64,000 nt of DNA from Magallana gigas (taxonomy: Eukaryota): assembly GCF_963853765.1 (NCBI RefSeq), contig NC_088859.1, positions 45,632,001 through 45,696,000 on the forward strand, written 5' to 3'. The notes below the pieces were generated by a model. The model searched no databases. It was not told the origin of the DNA and saw only the letters and a list, made by a program, of their open reading frames with translations. The position numbers were made by a program, and so were the translations under genes. Positions 53,281 through 64,000 of the stretch are shown piece after piece (within the stretch, counting starts at the first letter, position 1; every line of letters begins with the position of its first letter).

Positions 53281-55881
53281 ATATGTTCACGATGGGGCGG
53301 AGGTGTTACTTGATTCCTTCACTCTAACGGTAAGTGACGGGATAAACAGAGCTACAAAGGTCGTGGAAGTCGACATTGTGCCATTGGACGACACAGCCCC
53401 TCTGTTGAAGAATAATCTCCGGCCAAGACTTATAGTATCTGAAGGTGGTGACGCCATTGTTACGTCATCAGTTTTGGCGGCAACAGATGAAGACACAGAT
53501 GATGGCGGTTTGATCTTTTTAATAGTAAAACAGCCCAAACATGGAATTATGCAACTACTGGAGCAGCCCGTGACCAAGTTTACACAGAAAGACGTTAATG
53601 GCAACAAAGTAAAGTACATCCACACAGGCGGAGAGGTGGGCAATAATATGATAAAAGACACTGTAACTTTTATTGTATCCAATCAGAACTTCATGGCGAC
53701 AGGTGATCTTCCAGTGTATGATTTGAACATCACGATAACTCCAGTTGATAACTCAAAACCAGCTATCATCAAAGGGATAGAATTGTCAGTTAATGAAGGG
53801 GGTTCAGTCACTTTGACACCCGCCGCTGTCACTGCTAAAGATCCAGACACAGACCCCGAAGAAATAAGCTTCGTCATTACGAAACAACCTCAGTGGGGAT
53901 ACCTAGAAAATCTAAAACCTCTGAAAGGCTCCGAAAAGTCAAGATCGGGATTTCGTATTACAACCTTCAAACTTCAAGATATAATTGATAAAACAATCAA
54001 TTATGTCCAAGCTAATCACAAGGGAGTAGAACCAATCTACGACGAAGTTGAATTTTATGCTACAGACGGAAAACAAAGCTCTGACGAAACACCCCTTGGC
54101 TTCAGGATAATTCCCCAAAATGACGAAGAACCAGACGTCATGCTTCAGGACTTTGCAGTGGACGAAGGGTCCTCCAAGGTCATTGATCAGTTGATTATCG
54201 ATGCTATTGACATGGACGTTCCAAAGGAACAGCTAACGCTATCCATTTCCCAAGCCCCGGATCATGGTGACATTGTGTTGATGATACAGACAGCGAATGG
54301 CGAAGTTGAAGTTGCTGTACACGATTTCACAGTTGAAGAACTTCATAAAGGCATGAAACTGAAGTACAGACATGACAACAGTGAACATTTCAGGGACAAT
54401 TTTGCTCTTACCGTTTCCGACGGCAGACATGAAGTTAAAAAACTTTGTAACATCTCGATTAGAGCATTGAATGACGAGGGACCAGAAATAACCAAAAATG
54501 CCGGATTGCAGCTGGACTATGGAGATTTTGCTATGATATCAAGTGCATCGTTGCAATCGACTGATCCAGACAACAGCGAAAATGAAGTCGTATACATCTT
54601 GATGTCTGTTCCGAAGAAAGGTTCCTTGCAGTTTTGCACAGACCCCTTTTCGCCAACTCGTATCTCTGAGTGCAGAGATATGCAGGTCGGAGAAAACTTT
54701 ACCCAACATGACGTTGACATGAACAGAGTGAGATACATCCATACGACTAGTATGGGTAACACCGAAACAGATAGTTTTCTGTTTCTCCTGACAGATGGAA
54801 CAAACAGACGACACGTGGAAACATTTGAAATCAGAATAAGGAATTCCAAAAAGAGCAACTTGGCAGTTTTCAATAAAGGTCTGCATGTTCGAGAAGGCGA
54901 GAGGACCTCATTGTCAACCAATAACCTAAGTGCATCTGATGAAAGTACGAAGGCAGACGAAATCGTGTTTGCAATAACACAAATGCCAAGACATGGCCAG
55001 ATTGAATTCATTGACAAACCTTTGGTAAGAATCAACAGTTTCACACAGCTTGATCTCGCTTCTCGGAAGGTTGTCTACAATAACTTGAACAAAGGGGACA
55101 ATACCGAGGACCTATTCAAGTTTACCGTTACCAATGGACTCAGTCAGGCTAAGGAGGGTGACTTCAGAATAACTATCGAACCGCTTGACCGCGTCCTCCC
55201 CTCACTCACAGTGAACACCTTGATTGAGGTCACCCAGGGTGGTGAGGTGGAGTTGTCTCCCCTGCTACTGAAGGCCCGGGACCCGGACACGACCGACTCT
55301 AGTGTAACGTTCATCATTGCCAAACCTCCAACCTACGGACGTCTCTATAACAACGGAATCATCATCACCAGGTCCTTTACTCAGAGTGATATCAATCTAG
55401 GCTTCATAACGTACAGGACAGATGGGTCTCACGCGGGGTTGGACAACTTTCTTTTCAATATATCCGATGGTAAACATTCGGGCTTCTTGGTGAACAGAAC
55501 CCTTCAGACCAAACCTGTCATATGCAGCATCTTTATTAAGCCCCTAGTAAACGACGCTCCAAAGTTACTCACGCTAAAACAACCTGACACATTGGAATAT
55601 TTTGGCAACGACCGGTACGGATTTCGACTCACCAATCGAAATTTAAAAGCGATTGACTCCGACTCGACCAGTTCCCAGTTGACCTACAACGTGATCAAGA
55701 GACCACAGTTTGGACACATTGAGAACGTGAAAACAAAGCGATACGTAAGAAGAAGGTTTACCCAAAAGGACCTAGATGACAGTAGTCTCCATTACATACT
55801 GAATCCGAGAAAATCCCAAACCAATGACAGCTTCACCATTAGTGTGTCGGACAACAGAGGGAATGTTCTGGATAACCAAAG
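53281..55881 (+). CDS. FREM1: FREM1-like exon 3 (CSPG repeats)
   Basis: Acceptor tatttttcag at 53280; phase 2 matches the preceding donor. About 867 codons of CSPG repeats (e.g. AATDEDT..LIFLIVKQPKHG..FTQKDV..KVKYIH). Phase-2 donor GTAACT at 55882. Confidence 0.95.
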
Positions 55882-56034
55882 GTAACTACCGTCTCTCAAT
55901 TTAAGTGAAGTTTCTTAATTGATATACTTTTTAACGGAAACCTGATTTTAAGCAATATTAATGTCTTTGTAATTGATATATAGAATTTACTTTCATTTCT
56001 CAGTGCTTTAATTAAAAGTTTATGATTGTTTTAG

Positions 56035-56237
56035 ATTTGAAATGAAATGGTCAAGGATCGAGTTTCCTCGTAAACAGATTATTTCTTGTGAGGACATAGG
56101 CACCCTCAGTATTACTCTAAAGCGGACTGGTGACTTGAACCAGATTTCCTTTGTTGGAATAAAGGTCAGGGACATGTCAGCAAAGAGTGGACTCGATTTC
56201 TACACCAGCTCTTCCAAACAAGTCCAGTTCAATCCAG
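56035..56237 (+). CDS. FREM1: FREM1-like exon 4 (Calx-beta domain, first part)
   Basis: Acceptor ttgttttag. FEMKWSRIEF..EDIGTLSITLKRTGDLNQISFV..SAKSGLDF..QVQFNPG is a Calx-beta pattern. Phase-1 donor GTATGT at 56238. Confidence 0.92.
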
Positions 56238-56369
56238 GTATGTATAAAATTATCAGAGAGTTTAGAAAAGACTGAATGATGCCCCCCAACCCAACCATCG
56301 AAATTAACTGAACTTATTATTTAACTTAGTTAATTGATATAGGCTTATTAATCATATAAACTTATTCAG

Positions 56370-56519
56370 GAATGAAGCAAGCCACATGGGACATACAAAT
56401 TGCAGACGACGGTATAATGGAAAATGGCGAGAAGTTTCAAATATTTTTGGAAGAGCCGATAAACGCAGTCCTGGGCAGAAAAGTCAAAATGAACATCCAT
56501 ATCATCAACGCGGAAAACG
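56370..56519 (+). CDS. FREM1: FREM1-like exon 5 (Calx-beta domain, second part); not in ORF track
   Basis: Acceptor cttattcag. Encodes GMKQATWDIQIADDGIMENGEKFQIFLEEPINAVLGRKVKMNIHIINAEN (DD..E..E.F...L..P.NA.LG motif). Phase 1/1; donor GTAAGG at 56520. Confidence 0.92.
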
Positions 56520-56612
56520 GTAAGGAGTGAACAATCGAACACGCATAAAATTCATTAATTGCGCTTGTCATCAATCAACGAGATATTTATATACGCCTCT
56601 TGTTTTGTTCAG

Positions 56613-56722
56613 GCGAGTGCCCCCAGTACCTCGGAATGATCAGCAAAAACAATAAGGAGGTCATAGACTTAGAGGACAGTTCGGTGCCAAGTCCGAATAA
56701 GAAGGCAGAAACTATTGGAACC
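56613..56722 (+). CDS. FREM1: FREM1-like exon 6 (linker)
   Basis: Acceptor tgttttgttcag. Open frame GECPQYLGMISKNNKEVIDLEDSSVPSPNKKAETIGT. Phase 1 in, phase 0 out; donor GTGAGT at 56723. Confidence 0.85.
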
Positions 56723-56837
56723 GTGAGTAAAAGAAGCTTAAACTATACATACATAAGTCGTTAAAATCTTTACAAATTCACCGAGGGACTTTCATACTGA
56801 ATTTTTTATGAAACTTTTACTGTTATCGGGTCAAAAC

Positions 56838-57730
56838 CAGGGATGGGGTAATTGAAAAAAGTATTTGTAATGGAGTGTAATTAATTACATTTTTCAAAGT
56901 AATTGAAAGTAATTTGTAATTGAGTCTGTCTTCAATTACAAGTAATTGAATGTATTTAAATACATTCCAAAAATATTGTGTATTTTCAATTACTTTTCAA
57001 TTACATCTCAATTACTTTTTTTCCAAGTTTAAAATATAAAAAAGGTGTCTTATATTGATAAATAGATTTTATACATGTTTGGCATGGAGTTTTGTTTATA
57101 CAATAATTAAATGTCCCATCATGTTTCATATGTTTATACAGCATAACACACTGCCCAGGGCAATAGGTAAAGATCTAATTTTGTGGAGGTGTGAACTGCT
57201 CTGATACCCAAGAACCCCCATTGATTTTAGACTTAAGGGAGTCAAAATATATCATTCTTGTGAACTATAGCAATTATTATTTATATACTGATATGCTGTA
57301 CAGCCGAAAGTTGTACTTTCTGAATAAACATAGTTTTAATATGTGAATAAAAATTAATTCACTATAGAGAAAATATTATTCATAACCAAAAATGAACTCA
57401 ATGGTACTTAATGAATTTAATGTTAAAGAAAATTTTTCTAGAAATTTTCAAGAAATCTGATGTGAACTGAACTATACAACCTTTAAAAACATAACCGTAC
57501 ATAAAGCTCTGAATATCTTAATGCTGTTAATATATGTATATGTTCTCAACATTTAAACAAAAATAAAACTAAAGTATTTGAAATGTAATTAATTACATTT
57601 ATCAAAGTAATTGAGAGTAATTAATTACATTTTAAAAAATCAATGTAATTGTAATTGCAAGTAATTGATAAAATTGTCAATGTATTTAAAAGTAATTAAT
57701 TACTTTTCAAAGTAATTGACCCCAACTCTG
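56838..57730. mobile_element. hAT-superfamily MITE in FREM1 intron 6, 8-bp TSD GTCAAAAC
   Basis: CAGGGATGGGGT..ACCCCAACTCTG termini. An identical GTCAAAAC lies at 56830-56837 and 57731-57738. Subterminal GTAATT/AATTAC arrays at both ends. Confidence 0.88.
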
Positions 57731-58023
57731 GTCAAAACATTTATCAATTTTAAAAAAAGGAATTTGCTTACTATAGTATATGAATTTTCCCGAACTTCTT
57801 ATATAACGCATGCACTGTGCGTGTCATTGAACCAGCAAGTCATTGTATGATAATCCAAATTACAATATAATATAGATCAATTACAATATTACAATATAAT
57901 ATAGATCAATTTCGCGCGTTGTTGCTTCTTATTGTCAAATTCAGTTATATTTTAGCGACAGTGCTGCACAATGTGTATTTTGTGATATGAATAGTCATTA
58001 GATTTTGTATTTGTATTTCATAG

Positions 58024-58320
58024 TTCAGTAATTTTAATGGCCCTGGAACCATCAAAGAGAATCCTCTAGATAATGCTTACAATACTGATCCCGACTCGAC
58101 GCCATCCAAATCATCTCCGTTATCGTCCAAAGCATCGACGTCATTCAAAGACCCCGACTTCAACGAAGTGGTACCAACAAAGAGAAACCGCAAAAAGTCA
58201 AAGAAGAAAGGTCGTAAGAGAAATAAGAAGAAGAATAGAAAATCAAAGAAGTCAAAGAAAGATGTGACCAAGAAATCGGATTCTATTTTTCCACTGCCAT
58301 CATCGTCTCTAAGAATTCAG
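58024..58320 (+). CDS. FREM1: FREM1-like exon 7 (Ser/Pro-rich and polybasic linker)
   Basis: Acceptor tttgtatttcatag. 99 open codons, FSNFNGPG...KRNRKKSKKKGRKR...LRIQ. Phase 0/0; donor GTAGGA at 58321. Confidence 0.82.
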
Positions 58321-58544
58321 GTAGGATGGCAGAAGTCATCAACTAAACAAGCTTGCGTGTATTTGGTCTCATTAAATCCTAGCAGACTTAAATTGTGCCT
58401 ATTTACCGGTCCTCTCCTTGTTACGGCTTTGTCTAACAGATGAGTTTCCCGTGTTTGGTGGTGATTAATGTTTCATTATATTTTGCTACCGTTCACATTG
58501 TTATTTAATTAAATATTTCTTTTTATATTTTACCTTTTAAACAG

Positions 58545-58707
58545 GCTCCCCAGAATTGCACAAGAACCACAAAAGATTTGTTTCATTTTAATTCCTACAC
58601 ACAAAAGTTATACAAATGTAATGGTTATACCTGGCAGATGTGGGATAGTGGCACCCCTCAGGATGCGTCTGGGATCTCCGCCCCCGCCCCATCTGTCTGC
58701 ATCATAG
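58545..58707 (+). CDS. FREM1: FREM1-like exon 8 (pre-lectin cysteine segment)
   Basis: Acceptor taccttttaaacag. APQNCTRTTKDLFHFNSYTQKLYKCNGYTWQMW parallels FREM1 C...KGLFHF....QKLYQCNG..W as recalled. Phase-1 donor at 58708. Confidence 0.9.
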
Positions 58708-58961
58708 GTAAAATACCTAGCTACGTGTGCATGCTTAGTGTATAGGTTTTACTAACTATTTATTAAAACGTTTTAGTTACTATTTCTATAAAACCACTTT
58801 TTATAATAAGTGTGAAACGTGATAATACTTATAATGTTTTAAAAATACCCTGTCGTAGGCGATACTAGTACTTCAAAATTACATCTGTCCTTAGAGATAT
58901 TTAGATGGAATTACGAGTGCACTAGACTTGGCGGGTTTCTTATTTTGATTCCATTTGACAG

Positions 58962-59135
58962 GGGAGTTTTTTGAGGGCCGCTGCTACAAGTTTTACAAGG
59001 AGAGGAAATCTTGGGAGGAGGCCAAGCGGTATTGTCAGTCTCTGAGTGTGATGCCGAGTACCCTCACCCCCGTGCGATCCAAAGCCCACTACCAATTCCT
59101 GGCCAATCTAGCGGGCAAGAATTCCTATTGGATCG
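58962..59135 (+). CDS. FREM1: FREM1-like exon 9 (C-type lectin domain, N-half)
   Basis: Acceptor ccatttgacag. FEGRCYKFYKERKSWEEAKRYCQ..LTPVRS..FL..LAGKNSYWIG is a canonical CTLD pattern. Donor GTGAGT at 59136. Confidence 0.93.
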
Positions 59136-59737
59136 GTGAGTAAAATTCTAGTGTTCCCCAGAACGAGGTCTTCAAGACAATCAATGACCATGGGACTTTA
59201 TTTTAATAACTGTTTAGTTAAACGAATTTATATTTCTTTCGGAGATAAGTAAACCATATATCATCTATACAAGATTGTAGATATATTTTTTTAATTACAA
59301 AATGAGCCGTGCAGTTCTAAGATCAAAGCGGTGAATGAAATGTAGGAATGTTGGCAAGTTGTCAGTGAAACCAAATAATTGGTTCAACCCAAGATAACGG
59401 AAATTTTAATCAAAAAGTATATTTTTATATACATTGTTTGAAGAATACATGCAAATATTCCTCATGCTGAAATAATATTTACGCGAGGCGGTTGGAACAC
59501 ACGATGAACCGTTGCGTTATCCGCCAGCACACCTTTCTAATGCGTCGTTTAAATCAAATTGGTTTATGGGCAATCGGTTTAGACAACCCAAAGAAATAAT
59601 TTTTTTAATATATGGATCGTTTGCTTACCGGTATTTCAAGAAAAAAAATTCTGAATTGCCACATTTTTCAATGTGCCGTATTTTCCGAATAATAATTGTA
59701 ATCATCTGTTTCATACACATTTTTTTTCCAATTTTAG

Positions 59738-60045
59738 GTTTGAATAATAAGCGCAACCCCAGAGACTGGGAGTATCTGTCGGGTGGTACTTCCAGTGCCC
59801 CTCTCCTTAGTTACACAAACTGGGGCAAGAACCAACCCCAGACTCGGGGTAGGCGGGACAGACGTAACTGTGTACTGGTCAATAAACGCAGGAAGTGGAA
59901 GAACAAGTCTTGTACCAAAAACCTTAAACGGTTTATCTGTGAGGGGGTTCCCGGTCAAAAGTTTTCCAGTCTCCAATCCTCTCCTTCAGACCAGCCAAAT
60001 CGAAATCGAGGCAAACGACGTAGGCGTTACCGGTGGAGTTCGTGA
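59738..60045 (+). CDS. FREM1: FREM1-like exon 10 (C-type lectin C-half, basic tail, stop)
   Basis: Acceptor ttccaattttag; phase 1 completes the WIGL motif. YTNWGKNQP..NCVLVN..KWKNKSC..RFICE. TGA at 60043-60045. The spliced CDS totals 6447 nt = 2148 aa, similar to vertebrate FREM1 (about 2180 aa, from memory). Confidence 0.93.
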
Positions 60046-61060
60046 GTCTGAGATTGGTTTCGGGTTTTATAAGACTACATGAGATTATCGCTAACTGTAA
60101 CAAAGTTGATCCTTCAATCTGCGGCAATAAGTGTAGGAACTCAAGGCATCTGCCCTTAGAACAGTATTCGAGTCCACATGGTGCATAAAAATGTTCAGGT
60201 GACTCAGAGGTGGACCACTGCAAAGGGACTGCGACTTTCTCGACCTCATTATCAGACTGCTGGTGGCAGACTTCACGTATAAGACACTTTGTTGCTTTTT
60301 GTTTATCTCTCTGTTTATACATAACTACATATTGGAGGTACTCTGTATATTAAGCATAATAATGCGGGGTCACGTGAACCTCTGTTTGTGCAATCTATGA
60401 CAGTAAGTGCGGACAAGTTTTGGGTTGTGCCGAAATGATAGCTAGATCTGTATGGCCCACCACGTTGTTGTTATGTGTGTCTGACTATTGTTCTTTGTAT
60501 TGAGAGGTTGTAGTAATTAGCCTCAACAATGAAGTAATTGGTACTATGTACTGTACTTAGTTGATTATAAACTGTACTATTGAGGTATACCGTGTACTAA
60601 TTGCTTTACCAATCATATTATAGTTTGGGGATGTACAAATTACCATTTTGTAGTGATATATTTATTACATATTATGAAATGACACAATTTATATTTGTAC
60701 ATGTATGTGTAAATCATTAACTATATTACAATATTCTGTTTATACGTCTATGTGAGAGTTTTAAGGTCATTCATCCATTCTGTGTTAATCCATTTAATAT
60801 ACATATTTTTTGCTAAGTTTTAACTGACTGCTATATGTTGTATTTTTATAAATGTACTCTTGACATATCATGTTTTAATGTCAAAGAAATCCATTTACCA
60901 CAGCCCCTTAGATCTGGAAATGGGACATTTTTATATAGGTGTATAATTCAAAGTCCATTAACTAGTGTTAGCATCCCCTTATGTACTGTTATACTGATGT
61001 CATGACCAGGCTGAGGTGATATTATTATAGACTCTATTCTGTCATGACATGTCATTAGAA

Positions 61061-61066
61061 AATAAA
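61061..61066 (+). terminator. Candidate polyadenylation signal of the FREM1-like gene
   Basis: AATAAA about 1 kb after the stop, following a TGTA-rich, T-rich 3' UTR-like stretch. Confidence 0.4.
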
Positions 61067-62289
61067 TAGAAACAAAAGTTACTCATCTTGTCTCTTTTCC
61101 TGTATGAATTAGATTTAAAAAAAGAAATGAAATAGATGATGAAAATGGTGTTTGGGAAAAACCCCAAAGAGAACTTAGAAACGGACATTTTGTACTTTAA
61201 AGGAACTAGTCGCTGCCAATGCATTCTAAAAATACAGGAAATGTCCGATTTCATACATGTAACACAATCTTGCTACTTTAAAATTAACTCTACATCAGGA
61301 CTTAAAAGGATATAGTAGTAGACAACTTGATGCGACCAACTCCACCATTTTATTATTCAACTACTACTGTTACCTTTGTAACTGAATGAATGTGGTAAAA
61401 TTTATATTTCCTGTTATCTCTTAAATCTTTCCATTTATGGCAAAGCAATATGAAAATGTTACTATACTAGAAACATGATACATCAATTGGTGCCCGATTT
61501 ACCAGTACAATACACCGCTACCTTTGTCAAAAAAAGGCTTCTTTTCTTTAATTGGACCAGGCCAATCTAAATCAATGTCACTTGATTACTGAATCATCAT
61601 TACTTTCTGACCCTGAATTGAGAGACTTGACACTATGTTAAAATACTACTGTTTTAATAAGATGAACCTAACAGTGCTCAGACATTATAAACCTGTGATA
61701 CATGTACGTATATACTGTATACAATGTTCAATAATCATTATATTCTTTTGTGGTTTGCATAAAAGACATCAAGGCACCTCATCTCACGTACAAGAATAAC
61801 TGTAACCTAGAATGAATTCGAGCTTACATACATAAATTAAATACACAATTTTTTGGATTTGACAAATGCTTGAGGAGTCATAAATTTTGCAAACTTTCCC
61901 TCCATGCACAATTTTCCACACTTACAGCTCAAAATAATTAGTACAACATTTCTAAAAATACCTATTTAAAAAAAAGTGAAATAGGCCATTTCTATCTACG
62001 TTCTACTAAAATAAATGTATTTTGCAATTTCTACATGTTAGAGAGTAAAAAAGATCAATATTAGTTATTGTCACTAAATACTACATATACTAAGACCAGA
62101 AAATCTTTAGAAGAATTTACACACAAAACAATGGAGTTTTAAAAAAACATATGACTGTTGATAGGCACTTCAACTCATAGACAGTCAAAAAGCTGCTGCA
62201 CCACTGCAAGGTAACTCTGGATGGATCAGATTGAGTCTGGCTGTGTAGGTCTTAACGAGTTCTCAGTCTTTGCTGTAGCTGGACAGACC

Positions 62290-62411
62290 CTAAGGTGTTT
62301 GCTCAGAGTCTCTACATGACTGACAGCACATCCTGTAGAAGTAACCACGGTTACAGACCTTGTGCTTCACAACCAGTGGACAGAAGTGGGCGTGGTCTTG
62401 ATCCGTGCATT
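62290..62411 (-). CDS. Terminal exon of an ADAMTS6/ADAMTS10-like (or ADAMTS-like) gene, PLAC domain; not in ORF track
   Basis: Acceptor tgtactctgcag|, phase 1. Encodes (E)CTDQDHAHFCPLVVKHKVCNRGYFYRMCCQSCRDSEQTP*. The Cys spacing and CPLV..C.R.YF..MCC..C match the ADAMTS6/10 C-terminal PLAC domain as recalled (ECKDVNKVAYCPLVLKF.FCSRAYFRQMCCKTC). No upstream exon was recognised inside the window. Confidence 0.88.
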
Positions 62412-64000
62412 CTGCAGAGTACATGCATTAGATCTCATTAAGCATCAATTACTAGAAAACATTTAGCTGTAGTTTGCATTAACTTCTATGGACTATATCT
62501 TTTAACAAAGCCACAGGCCTTACCAATAACCATTTCCATTAACCAATAACCATGTGCTTTATTGGGAAATTAGGGTCTCTCTTTTTATTCCAAGTATCTA
62601 TTTATATTCCACAAGTCTTTCAATTTTTTTCCAAACATTTTAATTACACAACATAGAGACTTCATAATTGATGACCGGGCCAAGGTCAATGGTAAGAATT
62701 GGTAAATTTCAAGGTTATTTATTAAGACAAGAGTCAAGTTGATAACAATGATTTGATTAGTTACAGAGGTAATAAACAAACCTCTTTGTTATTACATTAA
62801 CATGGCCTTTATATATATATCTTCTAAATATACTTTAGCCTAGTCATATTCTATTGTTTTGAAGGCATCAATGTCATTGTGACAATTAAACTACTTTTAA
62901 AGTATATGTCTTAAATGCTTGGTCCAATTTATTCCAAATTTTATGTTCGTGCTTTTAAAAGAAGGTTTTGCTTAGCATTTGTATGATGATAGGCATTGCA
63001 GTATTTTTCCCAGTCAATTAAGCCATATTTCCATGAAAAAATGATATACAAAATTTGCTTACTTAACAAACCTTACATAAAAGGGTACAGCGTTATTTCA
63101 GAGGCAGGTGTGATTGTATTAAGACTTTTATAAATTAACACTTGCTATAAACAAAGAAATTAAGATTTTAAGAAATGTTTATGCCTGTTAAATAAACCTC
63201 ATGTGTACATTTATTTTCACTAATATTTCTGAAGTTTGTTTACAACCGATGAATAAAATGCGGGTTGAATAAATGCAACCATTTGGGGGACGAAACCAAA
63301 TGATTCCCTTTTCAAAACAATCCTATAGTGCATACAGAAATTATTATTTGATTTAAATATTTCTATCTTTGAAAGAAGTCCGATTTTGCTGGTGTAAATA
63401 GGCGAAAGACTCTAACTTTTTTAGATAGTGGTTTGTACTGAAAATGTTAAAGCTAAAAAATTGGACCAAGCAGCTTTAAACATCTACTATCAAAATAGTC
63501 ACACTAGAAAAAGGTTTTCCCATCAACTTGTTTTGATTCCTTTTTTATTTTTAATTCTCTCATGGAACTTTTTTGGCTATTTCTGACTGAATGCAAATGT
63601 AAAAGATTTTCATCAAAATATCTACATGCAGTTTTCTTGATTCATTGAATACATTCATCTGCGTTTATATGCACAGCTTCACAGATGCAATCATTTATTT
63701 ACAAGATGTGTTTGATAAACAAAACAAAATTTATGGCTTATTTTCACATACCGATCAGTCTGTTGTAACATAGGTATGCACAAAAAATACAAACTAAAAA
63801 ATGCATGTCTGAATTAAATAGAATTTTATGAGCCAAAAAATGTAGAGAAATATTTTAAGTGCATTGCAATTCTTTTGTCCAAACCATAAATCATTTTTAC
63901 CCACAATAACTAAATAATCAACCCCCCAGACAGAAGCCAAAAATTAACATGACCCACCAGTATTAGTGTAATTGTATGCACAATCCTCTATATAAATATA

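Noticed and set aside
52096-55044. Long antisense ORFs (95-175 aa) opposite FREM1 exons
   Set aside because: These are shadow frames of a long coding sequence with no independent domain signal. The same applies to the antisense ORFs over 17077-17744.
59512-59737. ORF extension through intron 9 giving a hydrophobic MCRIFRIIIVIICFIHIFF leader on the half lectin
   Set aside because: Polypyrimidine tracts translate as Ile/Phe by default. The canonical phase-1 splice rebuilds the WIGL motif, and a half domain is unlikely to fold.
60042-60047. GTGAGT donor consensus overlapping the FREM1 stop codon
   Set aside because: The lectin domain is complete and no downstream coding exon was found. Treated as coincidence unless RNA-seq shows its use.

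Overview
AT-rich animal genomic DNA with spliceosomal introns, one 137-N gap and many short repeats. The repeat style and gene content suggest a bivalve such as an oyster (inference). Three protein-coding loci are supported. (1) A complete 10-exon FREM1/QBRICK-like extracellular-matrix gene on + (38661-60045, 6447 nt, 2148 aa: signal peptide, NV domain, CSPG repeats, Calx-beta, C-type lectin); all nine introns are GT-AG with matching phases. (2) A secreted protein with two chitin-binding (CBM14/peritrophin-A) domains and a Pro/Thr-rich tail on - (main exon 16842-18628, signal-peptide exon 18841-18898). (3) The terminal PLAC-domain exon of an ADAMTS6/10-like gene on - (62290-62411), tail-to-tail with FREM1. 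Non-autonomous mobile elements with recognisable ends: a 3.4-kb TIR element with a 6-bp TSD and 7-mer arrays, a canonical Helitron, a hAT MITE with an 8-bp TSD, and a degenerate TTAA element. The most unusual region is 22.4-24.7 kb, a cluster of palindromic elements. It includes three ~370-bp units, each with a ~155-bp hairpin capped by GCGAAGC, whose arms differ between copies but stay self-complementary within each copy. Most other ORFs in the track are non-coding noise. All family assignments are from memory; no search was run.
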